Source: Pristiophorus japonicus (Eukaryota). Taken from it: DNA of 64,000 nt. Under the pieces are notes generated by a model, which saw nothing but the letters and a program-made list of their open reading frames with translations, was not told the DNA's origin and ran no database searches. The stretch lies in NCBI RefSeq assembly GCF_044704955.1, contig NW_027254464.1, positions 1 to 64,000 of the forward strand, in the 5' to 3' direction. The position numbers and the translations under genes are program-made. Positions 1 through 12,984 of the stretch are shown here, piece after piece; the stretch's first letter is position 1; each line of letters opens with the position of its first letter.

Positions 1-460
1 ATTCACCCAGCACGCCTGCACTCGCTGACTGCATTGGCTCCTGGTCTGGCAATGCCTCAATTTTAAAATTATCATTTTTGTTTTCAAATCACTACGTAGC
101 CTCACCCCTCTCTAATTCTATAACCTCCTCCAGCCCTCCAGGCATTCGCGAAATGTGTGTGCCTCCAACCTTGCCATCCTGCACGACCCCGATTTTAATT
201 ATTCCAACATTGGTGGTCGTTCCTTCAGCTGCCTTGGCACGAAGCTCTGGACTTCCCTCGCTAAGCCTCACCACCTCGATACCTGTCTCTACTCATAAAA
301 CGTGCTCCTTAACACTTACATCTTTGACCAAGCTTTTAGTCATCTGTCCTGATAAGTCCAACTGTGGTTTGGTGTCAAACTTTGATTGATAACCCTCTTG
401 TGATGCACCTTTGGACGTTTTGTTACGGTGAAAGAGCTATGTAAATGCAACTTGTTATTT
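1..460 (+). mobile_element. L2-clade LINE 3' fragment (decayed)
   Basis: Remnant of the L2 ORF2 C-terminus (T-P-x-L-A-D-x-HWL-like), then the L2/DeuSINE-type tail 'gaaagagctatgtaaatgcaacttgttatt'. Confidence 0.7.
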
Positions 461-535
461 TTACTTAAAGTCTTCTTTGAGCACAATATTTGAAATGATT
501 TCGACATATTTTGCCACAGGTATAGTCGAAGTTAG

Positions 536-1200
536 ATAAGAACATAAGAAATAGGAACAGGAGTAGGCCATTTGGCCCCTTGAGCCTGCTCCGCCATTCA
601 ATAAGTTCATAACTAATCTGATCATGGATTCAGTTCCACTTCCCTGCCCACTCCCCATAACCCTTTACACCCTTATCACTCAAAAATCTGCCTAACTCCG
701 CCTTAAATACATCCGTGGGGCAGAGAAGTCCATAGATTTACAACACTTTGAGAGAAAAAATATCTCCTCGTCTCAGTTTTAAATTGCCGGACCCTTGTTC
801 TAATACTATGTCCCCTAGAACTAGTTTACTCTATGAGTGGAAATATCCTCTCTGCATCCACCTTGTAGACACTCCTCATTATCTTGTAAGTTTCAATAAA
901 ATCACCTCTCACTCTTCTGAACTTCAATGAGTATAGGCCCAAACTATTCAAATTATCGTCATAAGTCAACCCCCTCATCCCCGGAATTAACCTCGTGAAC
1001 CTTCTGTGGACAGTCTCCAATGCAAGTATATCAATCCTTAAATACGGAGAACAAAACTGTATGCCGTACTCCAGGTCTGGCCTCACCAATACCCTGTACA
1101 ATTGTAGCAGAACTTCGCTGCCTTTTACTCTGTGTACCTTGCCACACTCCATTTGCCTTCCCGACATTCCATTTGCCTTCCTGACATTCCATTTGCCTTC
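536..1200 (-). mobile_element. CR1 LINE 3' fragment
   Basis: ORF 826-1443 contains LYRVLVRPDLEYGIQF...RRFTRLIPGM...RGDFIETYKI; (TTCTTATG)-type tail at about 536-550. Confidence 0.9.
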
Positions 1201-1204
1201 CTGG

Positions 1205-2085
1205 TGAAGCGTGTTTAGAGTATATCGGTTTTCTGTACTATTTACGGGCAATAGTTCCTCTGGGGAGTCCAGCCAGAGCCAAGTCCATGTCACCACGGGT
1301 GGCTCAGCTGTAAATGGGAGGAGTAGGAAGATCGGGAATTCAAAAGTGATAGGAGATTCTATTATTACGGGAACAGACAGGCTTTTCATTGGCCGCATAA
1401 GTAATTCCCCGATGGTGTATTGGTTCTCTGGTGCAAAGTTCAAAGAGACCCTGAACGGCTGCAGAACTTTCTGAGTGGGAGGGGGAGCAAACAGAGGTCG
1501 TGCTCCATATCGGTATCAACAAAATATGTTGAAAGAGGGATGAGTTCCTGCGGGTAGATTTGAGGAAGCGAGTAAAGAGATTACAAAATCAGGACCTCAA
1601 AGATAGTAATCACCGAATTACTTTCAGTGCCACAAGCTAGAGCAGATGAATGTGTGGGTGGAGTGTTGGTGCAGGAGAGAGGACGTTAATTACATGGGCA
1701 TTAGGACAGGTTCTGGAGGAAGTGGGACCTGTACAGGCCCGACGGGTTGCATTTCAACAGACCTGGGACCAATATCCTCGCGTGGGAGGTGGGGGGGAGG
1801 GGGTGGTGTGGTTGCTAGTGCTGTTGCGGAAGGTGTCAACTAATCTGGCTAGGGCAGGAGACCAGAATGTAGCATTACAAAGGAGAATCGATGTGTGAAC
1901 AGGAGTGGGAAGGTCAGATAGCACTGGATTAAGACATAGTAAGGTATTAAGTGGGGGTCAGATTAAGAGAGAATGCAAGAAGGTCTAAGGCAGGTTTACA
2001 ATGCATGTCCGTACATGCACAAGGTTTGGTAAATAAGGTTGGTGAGCTGCAGGCACAAATAGACACATGGAAATATGTGATGGTA
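1205..2085 (+). mobile_element. CR1 LINE internal fragment: ORF1 SGNH-esterase remnant plus start of ORF2
   Basis: VIGDSIITGTDRLF (esterase block I) and VVLHIGIN; further on LVNKVGELQAQI (start of the endonuclease). Confidence 0.75.
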
Positions 2086-2089
2086 ATTT

Positions 2090-2610
2090 AACATATGAAT
2101 TTGGAGCAGGAGTAGGCCATTTGGCCCCTCGAGCCTGCTACGCCATTTAATAAGATCATGCCTGATTTGGTCTTGGGCTCAGCTCCACTTCTCTGCCCGC
2201 TCGCCATAACCCTTCACTCCTTTACGATCAGAAATCTGTCTATCTCTACCTTAAATATGGTCAATAACCACTCCTCCGCAGCTCTCTGGTGTGAAGAATT
2301 CCACAGATTTACAACCCTCTGACAGCAGAAATTCCTTCTCATCTCAGTTCTAAATTGGCGACCCCTTATTCTTAAACTATGCCCCCTAGTTCTCGATTCC
2401 CCCATGCGTGGAAACGTCCTCCCTGCATCCACCCTGTCGAGCCCCCTCAGTATCTTATATTTCAATAAGATCACCTCTCATTCATCTGATCTCCAATGAG
2501 TTTAGGCCCAGCCTTCTCATCTTTTCTTCATAAATCAACCCCCTCCTCTCTGGAATCAACCTAGTGAACCTTGTCTGAGCTGCCTCCAATGCAAGTATTT
2601 CCTTCCTTAC
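2090..2610 (-). mobile_element. CR1 LINE 3' fragment
   Basis: YKILRGLDRVDAGRTFP...TRGHSLRIRGRQFRTEMRRNFF in ORF 2214-2474. Confidence 0.9.
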
Positions 2611-4000
2611 ATCCCTTATGATTCCTTAAAGTATTTTACTTATTACTGATGCTAAACTGAGGGGCCTATAGTTACCCGAGTCTGTCTTGTCACCTTTATT
2701 TTTTTTTAAATGGTAACTACACTAGCCTCCTTCCAATCTGGAGGAACCATTCCAGAATGCATAAACTATTAAAATTCAATCCAAGGCCTCGTCCTATCTC
2801 CCGGAGGACCCACGGGTGGATATAATTATGTGTGGCTGCTATTTTTCAAGTTCTTAATAATTTCTAAAACAATATGTTAATCTATATAATGTTACTAACA
2901 AAACCAATGTTGTTCAATTCTAATATTCAAGCATCATCTTGAAGGGTGAAGACTGAAGCAAAGTACTCATTTAATATTTCCACCATTAACATAGAAACAT
3001 AGAAACATAGAAAATAGATGCAGGAGTAGGCCACACGTCCCTTCGAGCCTGCACCACCATTCAATATGATCATGGCTGATCATGCAACTTCAGTACCCCA
3101 TTCCTGCTTTCTCTCCATACCCCTTGATCCCTTTAGCGATAAGGTCCACATCTCGCTCGTGAGTCATTTTTAACCTGCTCTTCAACATCTTTCAGTGACC
3201 CAATACAGTCTTTGATAGTTCTCTGACTCTTCACATAACTAAAAAGCTCTTCCTATTACTGCCACAGTTGTCTACTATCCTTTTTTCCAATAGACCTTTT
3301 ACTGATCTAATAGTAACATTCGGTTTTTTTAGTCATTCCTTGTATTCAACCCATTTATTTGAGTATTAACTGTTTTTAATTTATATAATCATTTCTGTTT
3401 ACATCTTAATTATCTTTGTACATAGCCAGTCAGCCACCTTGGCTTCTTCTTACCACGTTTGCTTATTTTGCTTTTGGGTACCTGTTTGTTTTCCACATTT
3501 TTAGTCATGTTCTTAAAAAAAAATCTCCATTTATATTCAACATCGGTCTCATCACCAGTGAGGAGGTTTAGCCAGTTTGAACATTCCAAATCATCTGACA
3601 TTTTGGTGCAAGTTGCAGGCTAACACTAACTTTAGTTCCACTAGACAATTGGAACTGTTAAATGTTGTGGTCGCTGTTGTCCAAATGTTCCCCCACATGG
3701 AGGACTGATACGATGTTAGGCTAAACACCAGATCCAATATTTGATTATCCCTAGTTACTTCATTAACATGTTGAGTCAGGAAACAGTCTTGTATATTTTC
3801 AATATTTTTTTTGCACGTCCCACCACAACAGCAGGTAAACCATTGTCCCACTGAATGCCAGGAAAATTAAAATTACCCACCAAACAAACGTGGCATTTTA
3901 TGTTAAAATCTTTATCAGTGCTTTTCCGGCCCAATGTGGAAGAAGGCATTTCTGGGTCTAGTACAGGGGAATGAGGTGGGTCAAGTAGAACAAGTATCAT
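2610..4000 (-). mobile_element. Older CR1 LINE fragment (endonuclease-linker-RT start), interrupted by a short young CR1 3' end at about 2988-3152
   Basis: GNFNFPGIQW, FLTQHVNEVTRDNQILDLVFS and KKKPRWLT in short minus ORFs; (CATAGAAA)n tail of the nested insert at 2988-3015. Confidence 0.75.
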
Positions 4001-5912
4001 AGGGGAATATTTAGCGAACTGAGATCATAAGGTTTAGATTAACTATGGAACAGGACAAGGAACAAACTAGAATAAAATAATTAATTCGAGCAGGGCCGAT
4101 TTCAGTGGGTTGAGAACGGATCTGTCCCAGGTAAATTGGAATCAGAGAGGGACAGGCAAAACTGTAATCGAACAATGGGATGCATTTAATGAATAGATAG
4201 TTCAGGTACAGTTGAGCTACATACCTCCGAGGAAGAAAGATGGGGCAAGCAAAGTCAGAGCTCCCTGGAAAACAAAGGAGATAGAGAGTAAGACGAAGCA
4301 GAAAAAGGGTGTGTGTGGTAGATGTCATGTTGAGTCTACAAGCAGAAAGCCGATAAATCCCCGGGGCCTGATAGTCTGCATCCCAGAGTACTTAAGGAAG
4401 TGACCCTAGAAATAGTGTATGCATTGGTGGTCGTTTTCTAACATTCCATGGACTCTGGTTCAGTTCCTATGGATTGGAGGGTAGTTAATATAACCCCACT
4501 TTTAAAAAAAGGACAGAGAGAGAAAACGGAATTATAGACCGGTTAGCCTGACATCGGTGGTGGGGAAAATGCTGGAATCAATTATTAAAGATGTAATAGC
4601 AGCACATTTGGAAAGCAGTGACAGGACCAGTCCAAGTCAGCATGGATTTATGAAAAGAAAATCATGCGTGACAAATCTTCTAGAGTTTTTTGAGGATGTA
4701 ACTAATAGAGTGGATAAGGGATAACCCGTGGATGTGGTGTATTTGGACAAGGTCCCACACAGAGATTAGTGTGCAAAATTACGGCACATATTATTGGGGA
4801 GTAATGTATTGACGTGGACAAAGAACTGGTTGGCAGACAGGAAGCAAATAGTGGGAATAAACAGGTCCTTTTCACAATGGCAGGCAGTGACGAGTGGATT
4901 GCTGCAGGGTTCAGTGCTGGGCCCCTAGCTATTTACAATATACATCAATGATTTAGATGAAGGAATTAAATGTAATATCTCCACGTTTGCAGATGATACT
5001 AAGCTGGGTGGCGGTGTGAGCTGCGAGGAGGATGCTTGGAGGCTGCAGGGCGAATTGGACAGGTTAGGTGAGTGGGCAAATACATGGCAGCTGCAGTATA
5101 ATGTGGATAAATGTGAGGTTATCCACTTTGGTGGCAAAAACAGGAAGTCAGATTATTATCTGAATGGTGACAGATAAGTAAAAGGGGAGGTGCAAAGAAA
5201 CCTGGGTGTTATGATACATCAGTCATTGAAGGTAGGCATGCAGGTACATCAGGCAGTAAAGAAAGCAAATGGTATGCTGGCCTTCATAGCGAGGGAGTAT
5301 AGGAGCAGGGAGAGCTTACCGCAGTTGTATAGGGCCTTGGTAAGACCACACCTTGAGTATTGTGTGCAGTTCTGGTCTCCTAATCTGAGGAAGGATATTC
5401 TTGCTATTGAGGGAGTGCAGTGAAGGTTCACCAGACTGATTCCCGGGATGTCAGGACTGACATATGAAGAAAGATGAGATCGACTAGGCTTCTATTCAAT
5501 GAAATTTAGAAGAATGAGATGGGATCTCATGGAAACATATAAAATTCTGACGGGATTGGACAGGTTAGATGCAGGAAGAATGTTCCCGATGTTGGCGAAG
5601 TCCAGACCCAGGGGCCACAGTCTAAGGATAAGGGGTAAACCATTTAGGACCGAGATGAGGAGAAACTTCTTCACTCAGAGAATTGTGAACCTGTGGAATT
5701 CTCTACCACAGAACGTTGTTGAGGCCAATTCGTTAGATATATTCAAAAGGGACTTAGCTGTGGCCCTTACGGCTAAAGGAATCAAGGGCTCTGGAGAGAA
5801 AGCAGGAATGGGGTACTGAAGTTACATGATCAGCTATAATCATATTGAATGGTGGTGCAGGCTCGAAGGGCCGAATGGCCTACTTCTGCACCTACTTTCT
5901 ATGTTTCTATGT
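4000..5912 (+). mobile_element. CR1/HER1-like LINE, 5'-truncated, RT domain with stops and frameshifts
   Basis: [41 protein letters not shown], and a (TTCTATGT) tail near 5900. The first about 340 bp belong to a different CR1 subfamily. Confidence 0.92.
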
Positions 5913-6540
5913 TATTTATGTAAGTGTGTGTTTGTTTATGTGTAAGTCTTCGTGTGTTTTTCTATGTGTGTATTTATATGTAAGTATGTATGTTATGTGT
6001 AATAATGTGCATGCACCTTTATGTGTAAGTATGTTTATGCATAATTGTGCGTGCGAATGTTTATGTGTGTGTGTTTTCGTGCAAGTGCGTTCATATGTGT
6101 GTTTATGTGTATGTCTATGGTAATATATAAGTGTCTGTGTATGCTTAGGTCTATGTTTGTCGTGTTTATGTGTAACTGTGCGTGTTTGCGTGTAACTGCA
6201 TGTGTGCTTGTGTGTGTGATTTGTAGAAGTGTGTTTATGTTGATATGTGTGTTTATTCGTGTGTAAGTGTGTGTGTGTTAATGCGTGTGTTTGTGTGTTT
6301 TGTGTAAGAGTATGTCTGTGTATTCAAAGTTTCAGAGAGTACCGATAACTGGGTCTGACAATAATGGTCTGCATTATATTCTGGGTATGTGTATTATTCT
6401 GTGTTAGTGTGTTGATGTTTGTGTTTATTTGTAAGTCTGTGCATGTTTATATATAAGTGTGCACTCACACAATAACACACACACTTACACAAAATCACGA
6501 ACACACGTACACATAAACACACACACTCACATTTAAACGC
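5913..6540 (+). repeat. Degenerate (TG)n low-complexity tract followed by an (AC)n tract
   Basis: Directly visible TG-rich runs from 5913 to about 6450 (interrupted near 6330-6390), then AC-rich 6460-6535. Confidence 0.9.
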
Positions 6541-6744
6541 ATTCTCGCCAGTTCTGTCTAAATGTGTTCTGTGTGAGATGCAATGAGACGCCAATCGATG
6601 GAATGCAACAATTCAACCGATAGGCCTCTGAACCATCAGGGACACCACCTTGACAAATCCGCAGAGAATTCAATCACCAGTTTAGATTTGGATATTAAAA
6701 TTCAATCTGTTTGTTTTCGAATAACTGGGACAGATTTACCCCAA

Positions 6745-9612
6745 AGCCAGTGCAGATCTGAGGGAGCGCTGCATTGCAGGAGGTGCCGTATTTCGGATGC
6801 GGTAGGAAACCTCTGCCCCATCTCCCTTCTCAGGTGACTTTAATATGCACATAGATTGGGCTAGCCAAACTGGAAGCAATAGGGTGGAGGAGGATTTCCT
6901 GGAGTGCATAAGGGATGGTTTTCTAGACCAATATGTCGAGGAACCAACTAGGGGAGAGGCCATCTTAGACTGGGTGTTGTGTAATGAGAGAGGATTAATT
7001 AGCAATCTCATTGTGCGAGGCCCCTTGGGGAAGAGTGACCATAATATGGTGGAATTCTGTATTCGGATGGAGAATGAAACAGTTAATTCAGAGACCATGG
7101 TCCAGAACTTAAAGAAGGGTAACTTTGAATGTATGAGGCGTGAATTGGCTAGGATAGATTGGCGAATGATACTTAAGGGGTTGACTGTGGATGGGCAATG
7201 GCATACTTTTAGGGACCGCATGGATGAACTACAACAATTGTACATTCCTGTCTGGTGTAAAAATAAAAAGGCGAAGGTGGCTCAACCGTGGCTATCGAGG
7301 GAAATCAGGGATAGTATTAAAGCCAAGGAAGTGACATACAAATTGGCCAGAAATAGCAGCGAACCCGGGGACTGGGAGAAATTTAGAACTCAGCAGAGGA
7401 GGACAAAGGGTTTGATTAGGGCAGGGAAAATGGAGTTCGAGAAGAAGCTTGCAGGGAACATTAAGGCGGATTGCAAAAGTTTCTATAGGTATGTAAAGAG
7501 AAAAAGGTTAGTAAAGACAAACGTAGGACCCCTGCAGTCAGAATCAGGGGAAGTCATAACGGGGAACAAAGAAATGGCATACCAATTGAACAAGTACTTT
7601 GGTTCGGTATTCATTAAGGAGGACACAAACAACCTTCCGGATATTAAAGGGGTCAGAAGGTCTAGTAAGGAGGAGGATCTGAGGGAAATCTTTATTAGTC
7701 GGGAAATGGTGTTGGGGAAATTGATGGGTTTGAAGGCCGATAAATCCCCAGGGCCTGATGGACTGCATCCCAGAGTACTTAAGGAGGTGGCCTTGGAAAT
7801 AGCGGATGCATTGACAGTCATTTTCCAACATTCCATTGATTCTGGATCAGTTCCTATCGAGTGGAGGGTAGCCAATGTAATCCCACTTTTTAAAAAAGGA
7901 GTGAGAGAGAAAACAGGGAATTATAGACCGGTCAGCCTGACCTCATTGGTGGGTAAAATGATGGAATCAATTATTAAGGATGTCATAGCCGCGCATTTGA
8001 AAAATGGTGACATGATAGGTCCAAGTCAGCATGGATTTGTGAAAGGGAAATCATGCTTGACAAGTCTTCTGGAATTTTTTGAGGATGTTTCCAGTAAAGT
8101 GGACAAAGGAGAACCAGTTGATGTGGTATATTTGGACTTTCAGAAGGCTTTCGACAAGGTCCCACACAAGAGATTAATGTGCAAATTTAAAGCACATGGG
8201 ATTGGGAGTAGTGTGCTGACGTGGATTGAGAACTGGTTGTCAGACAGGAAGCAAAGAGTAGGAGTAAATGGGTACTTTTCAGACTGGCAGGCAGTGACTA
8301 GTGGGGTACCGCAAGGTTCTGTGCTGGGGCCCCAGCTGTTTACATTGTACATTAATGATTTAGACGAGGGGATTAAATGCAGTATCTCCAAATTTGCGGA
8401 TGACACTAAGTTGGGTGGCAGTGTGAGCTGCGAGGAGGATGCTATGAGGCTGCAGAGTGACTTAAATAGGTTAGGTGAGTGGGCAAATGCATGGCAGATG
8501 AAGTATAATGTGGATAAATGTGAGGTTATCCACTTTGGTGATAAAAACAGAGAGACAGACTATTATCTGAATGGTGACAAATTAGGAAAAGGGGAGGTGC
8601 AACGAGACCTGGGTGTCATGGTACACCAGTCATTGAAGGTTGGCATGCAGGTACAGCAGGCGGTTAAGAAAGCAAATGGCAAGTTGGCCTTCATAGCGAG
8701 GGGATTTGAGTACAGGGGCAGGGAGGTGTTACTACAGTTGTACAGGGCCTTGGTGAGGCCACACCTGGAGTATTGTGTGCAGTTTTGATCTCCTAACTTG
8801 AGGAAGGACATTCTTGCTATTGAGGGAGCGCAGCGAAGATTCACTAGACTGATTCCTGGGATGGTGGGACTTGACCTATCAAGAAAGACTGGATCAACTG
8901 GGCTTGTATTCACTGGAGTTCAGAAGAATGAGAGGGGACCTTATAGAAACGTTTAAAATTCTGACGGGTTTAGACAGGTTAGATGCAAGAAGAATGTTCC
9001 CAATGTTGGGGAAGTCCAGAACCAGGGGTCACAGTCTAAGGATAAGGGGTAAGCCATTTAGGACCGAGATGAGGAGAAACTTCTTCACCCAGAGAGTGGT
9101 GAACCTGTGGAATTCTCTACCACAGAAAGTAGTTGAGGCCAATTCACTAAATATATTCAAAAGGGAGTTAGATGAAGTCCTTACTGCTCGGGGATCAAGG
9201 GGTATGGCGAGAAAGCAGGAATGGGGTACTGAAGTTGCATGTTCAGCCATGAACTCATTGAATGGCGGTGCAGGCTAGAAGGGCTGAATGGCCTACTCCT
9301 GCACCTATTTTCTATGTTTCTATGTTTCTCAGTTGGAAGGAAAATATCCCATGGCATTATTTGGAAGAAGAGCAGGGGATTTCTCCACGTGTCCTGGCCA
9401 ATATTTACGACTCAACAAAATTCACTAACCATAAAGATTATCCGGTCATTATCACATTGCTGTTCGTGGGACCTTACTGTCTGTAAAATTGGCCGCCGTG
9501 ATTTATATATTACAACAGTGACCACATTTCAAGAAGAGGTTCCTTGGCAGTAAAGCGCTTTGGGACATCCGGAGTTCGGGAAAGGCACTACATACAGGCA
9601 GTTATTTCTTTT
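6745..9612 (+). mobile_element. Deu-domain SINE (SacSINE1/AmnSINE1-like) split by a CR1 insertion (halves about 6745-6833 and 9326-9612)
   Basis: Left half has gaggtgccgtatttcggatg; right half has atcccatggcattatttggaagaagagcagggg...atcacattgctgtt...taaagcgctttgggacatcc, matching the DeuSINE core as recalled. Confidence 0.8.
6834..9325 (+). mobile_element. Young 5'-truncated CR1/HER1-like LINE with 7-bp target-site duplication
   Basis: 647-aa open stretch 6845-8788 (endonuclease C-terminus, RT with KFADDTKL); premature TGA at QF*SP, then one frameshift; TTCTCAG on both flanks (6827-6833, 9326-9332). Confidence 0.95.
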
Positions 9613-9916
9613 ATTTTATGTTGGAAGAAAGCACAAAAAGCACGATTGTATATTAGAAATAGAGCGTTCTCAGGATAGGCCTGAGACTAAGGACACCTCA
9701 ATCACTGCCTGACATCACTGCTCAGGGAAACCTTTGGCGAGGTTATGGAATCCTGAACCATGAGGAACCCTAAGTCAGTATGCACAACGAAATGAAACAC
9801 AAACTGCATGATTGGAAATTAGAAATAGTTCTGTGCTTTTTACTAATTCCAATCAAAGCCCAGACTGAGATCCACGCTCAGAATGATCTGGAACTTCACG
9901 GGGTTGTGTCTCTTAC

Positions 9917-10227
9917 CCAGAGATCTGGTGATGTTTTGGCTTTGGGTGAACTCTTGATTAGAGACTTGACAACTATCGACCGAAGGGCGAACCATTCTCC
10001 GGTGGGGAATATCAGCCAACTGGTCGCCGAAAAGTTCCCGTTCACTTCACAGACGGGAGAGGTGACAAAGCCCGAATGCATGAGTTTTCCATTCCTCAGC
10101 CAATTCATGGTCACTCCCTTTGGACGGAACTCGATGATTGAACACACGGCGCTTGCAGATCCGCTGCTGGTGATTTCTTCACTGGACCACAGGATGAGGA
10201 TAACACTTGGATGATGGACAAAACGAT
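9917..10227 (-). pseudogene. IGHM: Immunoglobulin heavy chain constant exon, shark IgM C-mu2-like, with 1-bp frameshift
   Basis: Acceptor ttttttcttgaAG and donor G|GTAAGA, phase 1/1. Translation [82 protein letters not shown]-(fs)[21 protein letters not shown] shows the C1-set Cys/Trp/Cys and the TSPVCExNGNFS and QSQNIT motifs I recall from shark C-mu2. The exon is 311 bp, one short of 104 codons. Confidence 0.85.
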
Positions 10228-10404
10228 CTTCAAGAAAAAACATTTTTTGGCGATTATTTATTGCACTGCAAACAATTAAGAACTGTGAAGCGTTTTTTAC
10301 ACAATCTACAACACAGAAACACGCCATCCGGCCCAAAAGGTCGATGTTTCTGCTCCAAATTAGCCTCCTCTCTCCCTACTTCATCTCCAACTATCAACAA
10401 AACC

Positions 10405-12340
10405 TTATAGAAACATAGACATTTACAGCGCAGAAGGAGGCCATTCGAGCCCAGCGTGTCCGCGCTGGCCGACAAAGAGCCACACTGCCCTTGGTCAGCA
10501 ACCTAAAGGTTACATATAAACCTATGAACAATGATGGAAAGGCAAAGAGCACCCAGCCCAACCAATTCTCCTCACCACAACTGCGACAACCCTTATACTA
10601 AAACATTCTACACTCCACCCTAACCAGACTCATGTGATTTCCTGGGAAAGCCAAAAACCAGATTAAAAACCCAGGCCAATTTAGGGAGAACAATCTGGAA
10701 AAATTCCTCTCTGATCCATCCAGGCAATCGGAAGCATTCCAGGAGATCACCCTGGCCGTATTCTGTTACCTGCAGTGCTTACCATTATATCTGCTCCGTC
10801 CAACAAAAGTTCATCCAGTCTAATCCCAATTATGAGCTTTAGATCCGTAACCCTGCAGGTTACTCTACTTAAGTCCCCATCCAGCCATCTCTTAAAAGTG
10901 GTGAGGGTTTCTGCATCCAGCACTCTTCCAAGCAACGAGTTCCAGATCCCCAGAACCCTCTGCGTAAAGAAGCCCCCCCCACTTCAAATCCGCTCCAAAT
11001 CTTCCACCAACCACCTTAAAACTATGCCCCCTTGGAGTAGACCCCTCCATCAATGGAAATAGACCCTTAATATCCACTATGTCCAGGTCGCTCAATATTT
11101 TGTACACCTCAATGTGTTCTCCTCTCACGCTCCTCTGTTCCAATGAGAACAAACGCAGCCTATCCAATCTTCCCTCATAACTAAGATTCTCCATTCCAGG
11201 CAGCATCCTAGTAAATCTCCTCTGCACCCCTCTCTAGTGCAATCACATCCTTCCTATATTACGGCGACCAGAACTGCACACAATATTCCAGCTGCGGCGT
11301 AACCAAAGCATTATACAATTTAAGCATAACCTCCCTGCTCTTATATTCTATGCCTCAAACAGTAAAGGAAAGCATTCCGTATGCTTTCTTAACCAACTTA
11401 TCCACCTGGCCTGCAACTTTCAGGGATCTGTGGACAAGCAGTTCAAGGTCCCTTTGTTCATCTACTAAGTGGCCTATCACTTAATGTGTATACACTTTCC
11501 TTATTAGCCCACCCAAAGTGCATCACCTCACACTTCTCTGAATTAAATTCCATTTGCCACTGCTCTGCCCACCTGACCAGTAGATTAATATCCTCCTGCT
11601 GCCCATGATTTTCCTCTTCATAATGAACCACACAGCCAATTTTAATATCATCTGCAAACTTCATAATCATACTCCCTATGTTCAAATCTAAATCGTTGAT
11701 ATATACCACAAAAAGCAAAGGTCCCAGTACTGAGTCCTGTGGAACACCACTGGAAACATCCTTCCAGTCACAAAAACATCCATCAATCATTACTCTTTGC
11801 TTCCTACCACCAAACCAATTTTGGATCCAACATGACACTTTGCCCGGTATCCCATGGGCTTTAACCTTCATAACCAGTCTACCAAGTGGGATCTGATCAA
11901 AAGCTTTGCTAAAGTCCATATATGCTACATCGTACGCACTACCCTCATCGACCCTCTTGATTACCACCTCAAAAAATTCAATCAGGTTAGTCAATCACGA
12001 TCTTCCCTTAACAAATCCGTGCTGACTGTCCCTAATTAATCCGTGTCTTTCCAAATGCAGATTTATCCTGTCTTTCAGGATTTTTTCCAAACATTTTCCC
12101 ACCACTGAGGTCAGGCTGACACGTCTGTAATTACTCGGCCTGTCCCTTTCTCCCTTCTTAAACAAGGGTACTACAACAGCAGTCCTCCAATCCTCCGGCA
12201 CCTTGCCCAGATCCAAAGAGGACTGGAAAATGATGGTCAAGGCCTCCGCTATTTCCTCTTTTACTTCGCTCAACAGCCTGGGATGCATTTCATCCGGCCT
12301 GGGGACTTACCTACTTTCAAAACTGCTAAACACCTTAATA
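10405..12340 (-). mobile_element. CR1 LINE (distinct subfamily with longer 3' UTR), RT to 3' end
   Basis: ORFs 11995-12288, 11458-11994 (DFSKAFD, GVPQDSVLGPLLF, KFADD) and 10892-11227. Confidence 0.92.
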
Positions 12341-12399
12341 TTTCCTCTCTCATATTTATTTCATCCAGAATATCCCTGTCTCCGTCCTGTACTTATCTA

Positions 12400-12740
12400 G
12401 ATTTCCTTCAAACGCATCTGTGCTATTCACCTCATGTACTCCATGTGGTAGCGAGTTCCACATTCTACCCACATCACTGGGTAAATAAGTTTCTCCTGAA
12501 TCCCCTATTAGATTTATTAGTCAATATCTTATATTTTTGGCCCCCAGTATCGGGCTCCTCCTCATGCATAAAATAGTTTCTCTCTGACTAACATTTCACC
12601 CCCTTCATAATGTCAAAAACCTCTATTCGGTCACTGCTCAGCCTCTCCTTTTTTAGAAAAAAGACTCTTATTCCTGACAGTAACAATCTTTCAGTTCTGG
12701 TATTGTCCTTGTCTCCAGTGTCTCTCTATCATTCTTCTCA
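12400..12740 (-). mobile_element. Old CR1 3' remnant
   Basis: Reverse complement retains decayed TGGQKYKI..NKSNRGFRRNLFTQ..RMWNSLP. Confidence 0.6.
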
Positions 12741-12952
12741 TATGGAAGCCAGAATTATGCCCGGTGCACTAATGTGATTATGTAGACCAGAACTGAACGC
12801 ATCATTCTAAGTGTGATATGGAGAACAGAACTATGCACAGTGCTCTAAATGTGACATGAACACCAGAACTATGCACAATACTCGAAGTATGATGTCTAGA
12901 CTACACCTGTACATGGTACCCTCAGTGTAATATGGAGACCAGACCTGTACAT
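12738..12952. repeat. 38-bp tandem repeat, about 6 units
   Basis: ccagaac-like anchors at 12749, 12787, 12825, 12863, 12901 and 12939 (exact 38-bp period). Confidence 0.85.
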
Positions 12953-12984
12953 CTTTGCAGAATATCTCAATTCAGTCCATAAGC

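Noticed and set aside
5845-6594. Cys/Val-rich short ORFs
   Set aside because: Translations of (TG)n low-complexity sequence.
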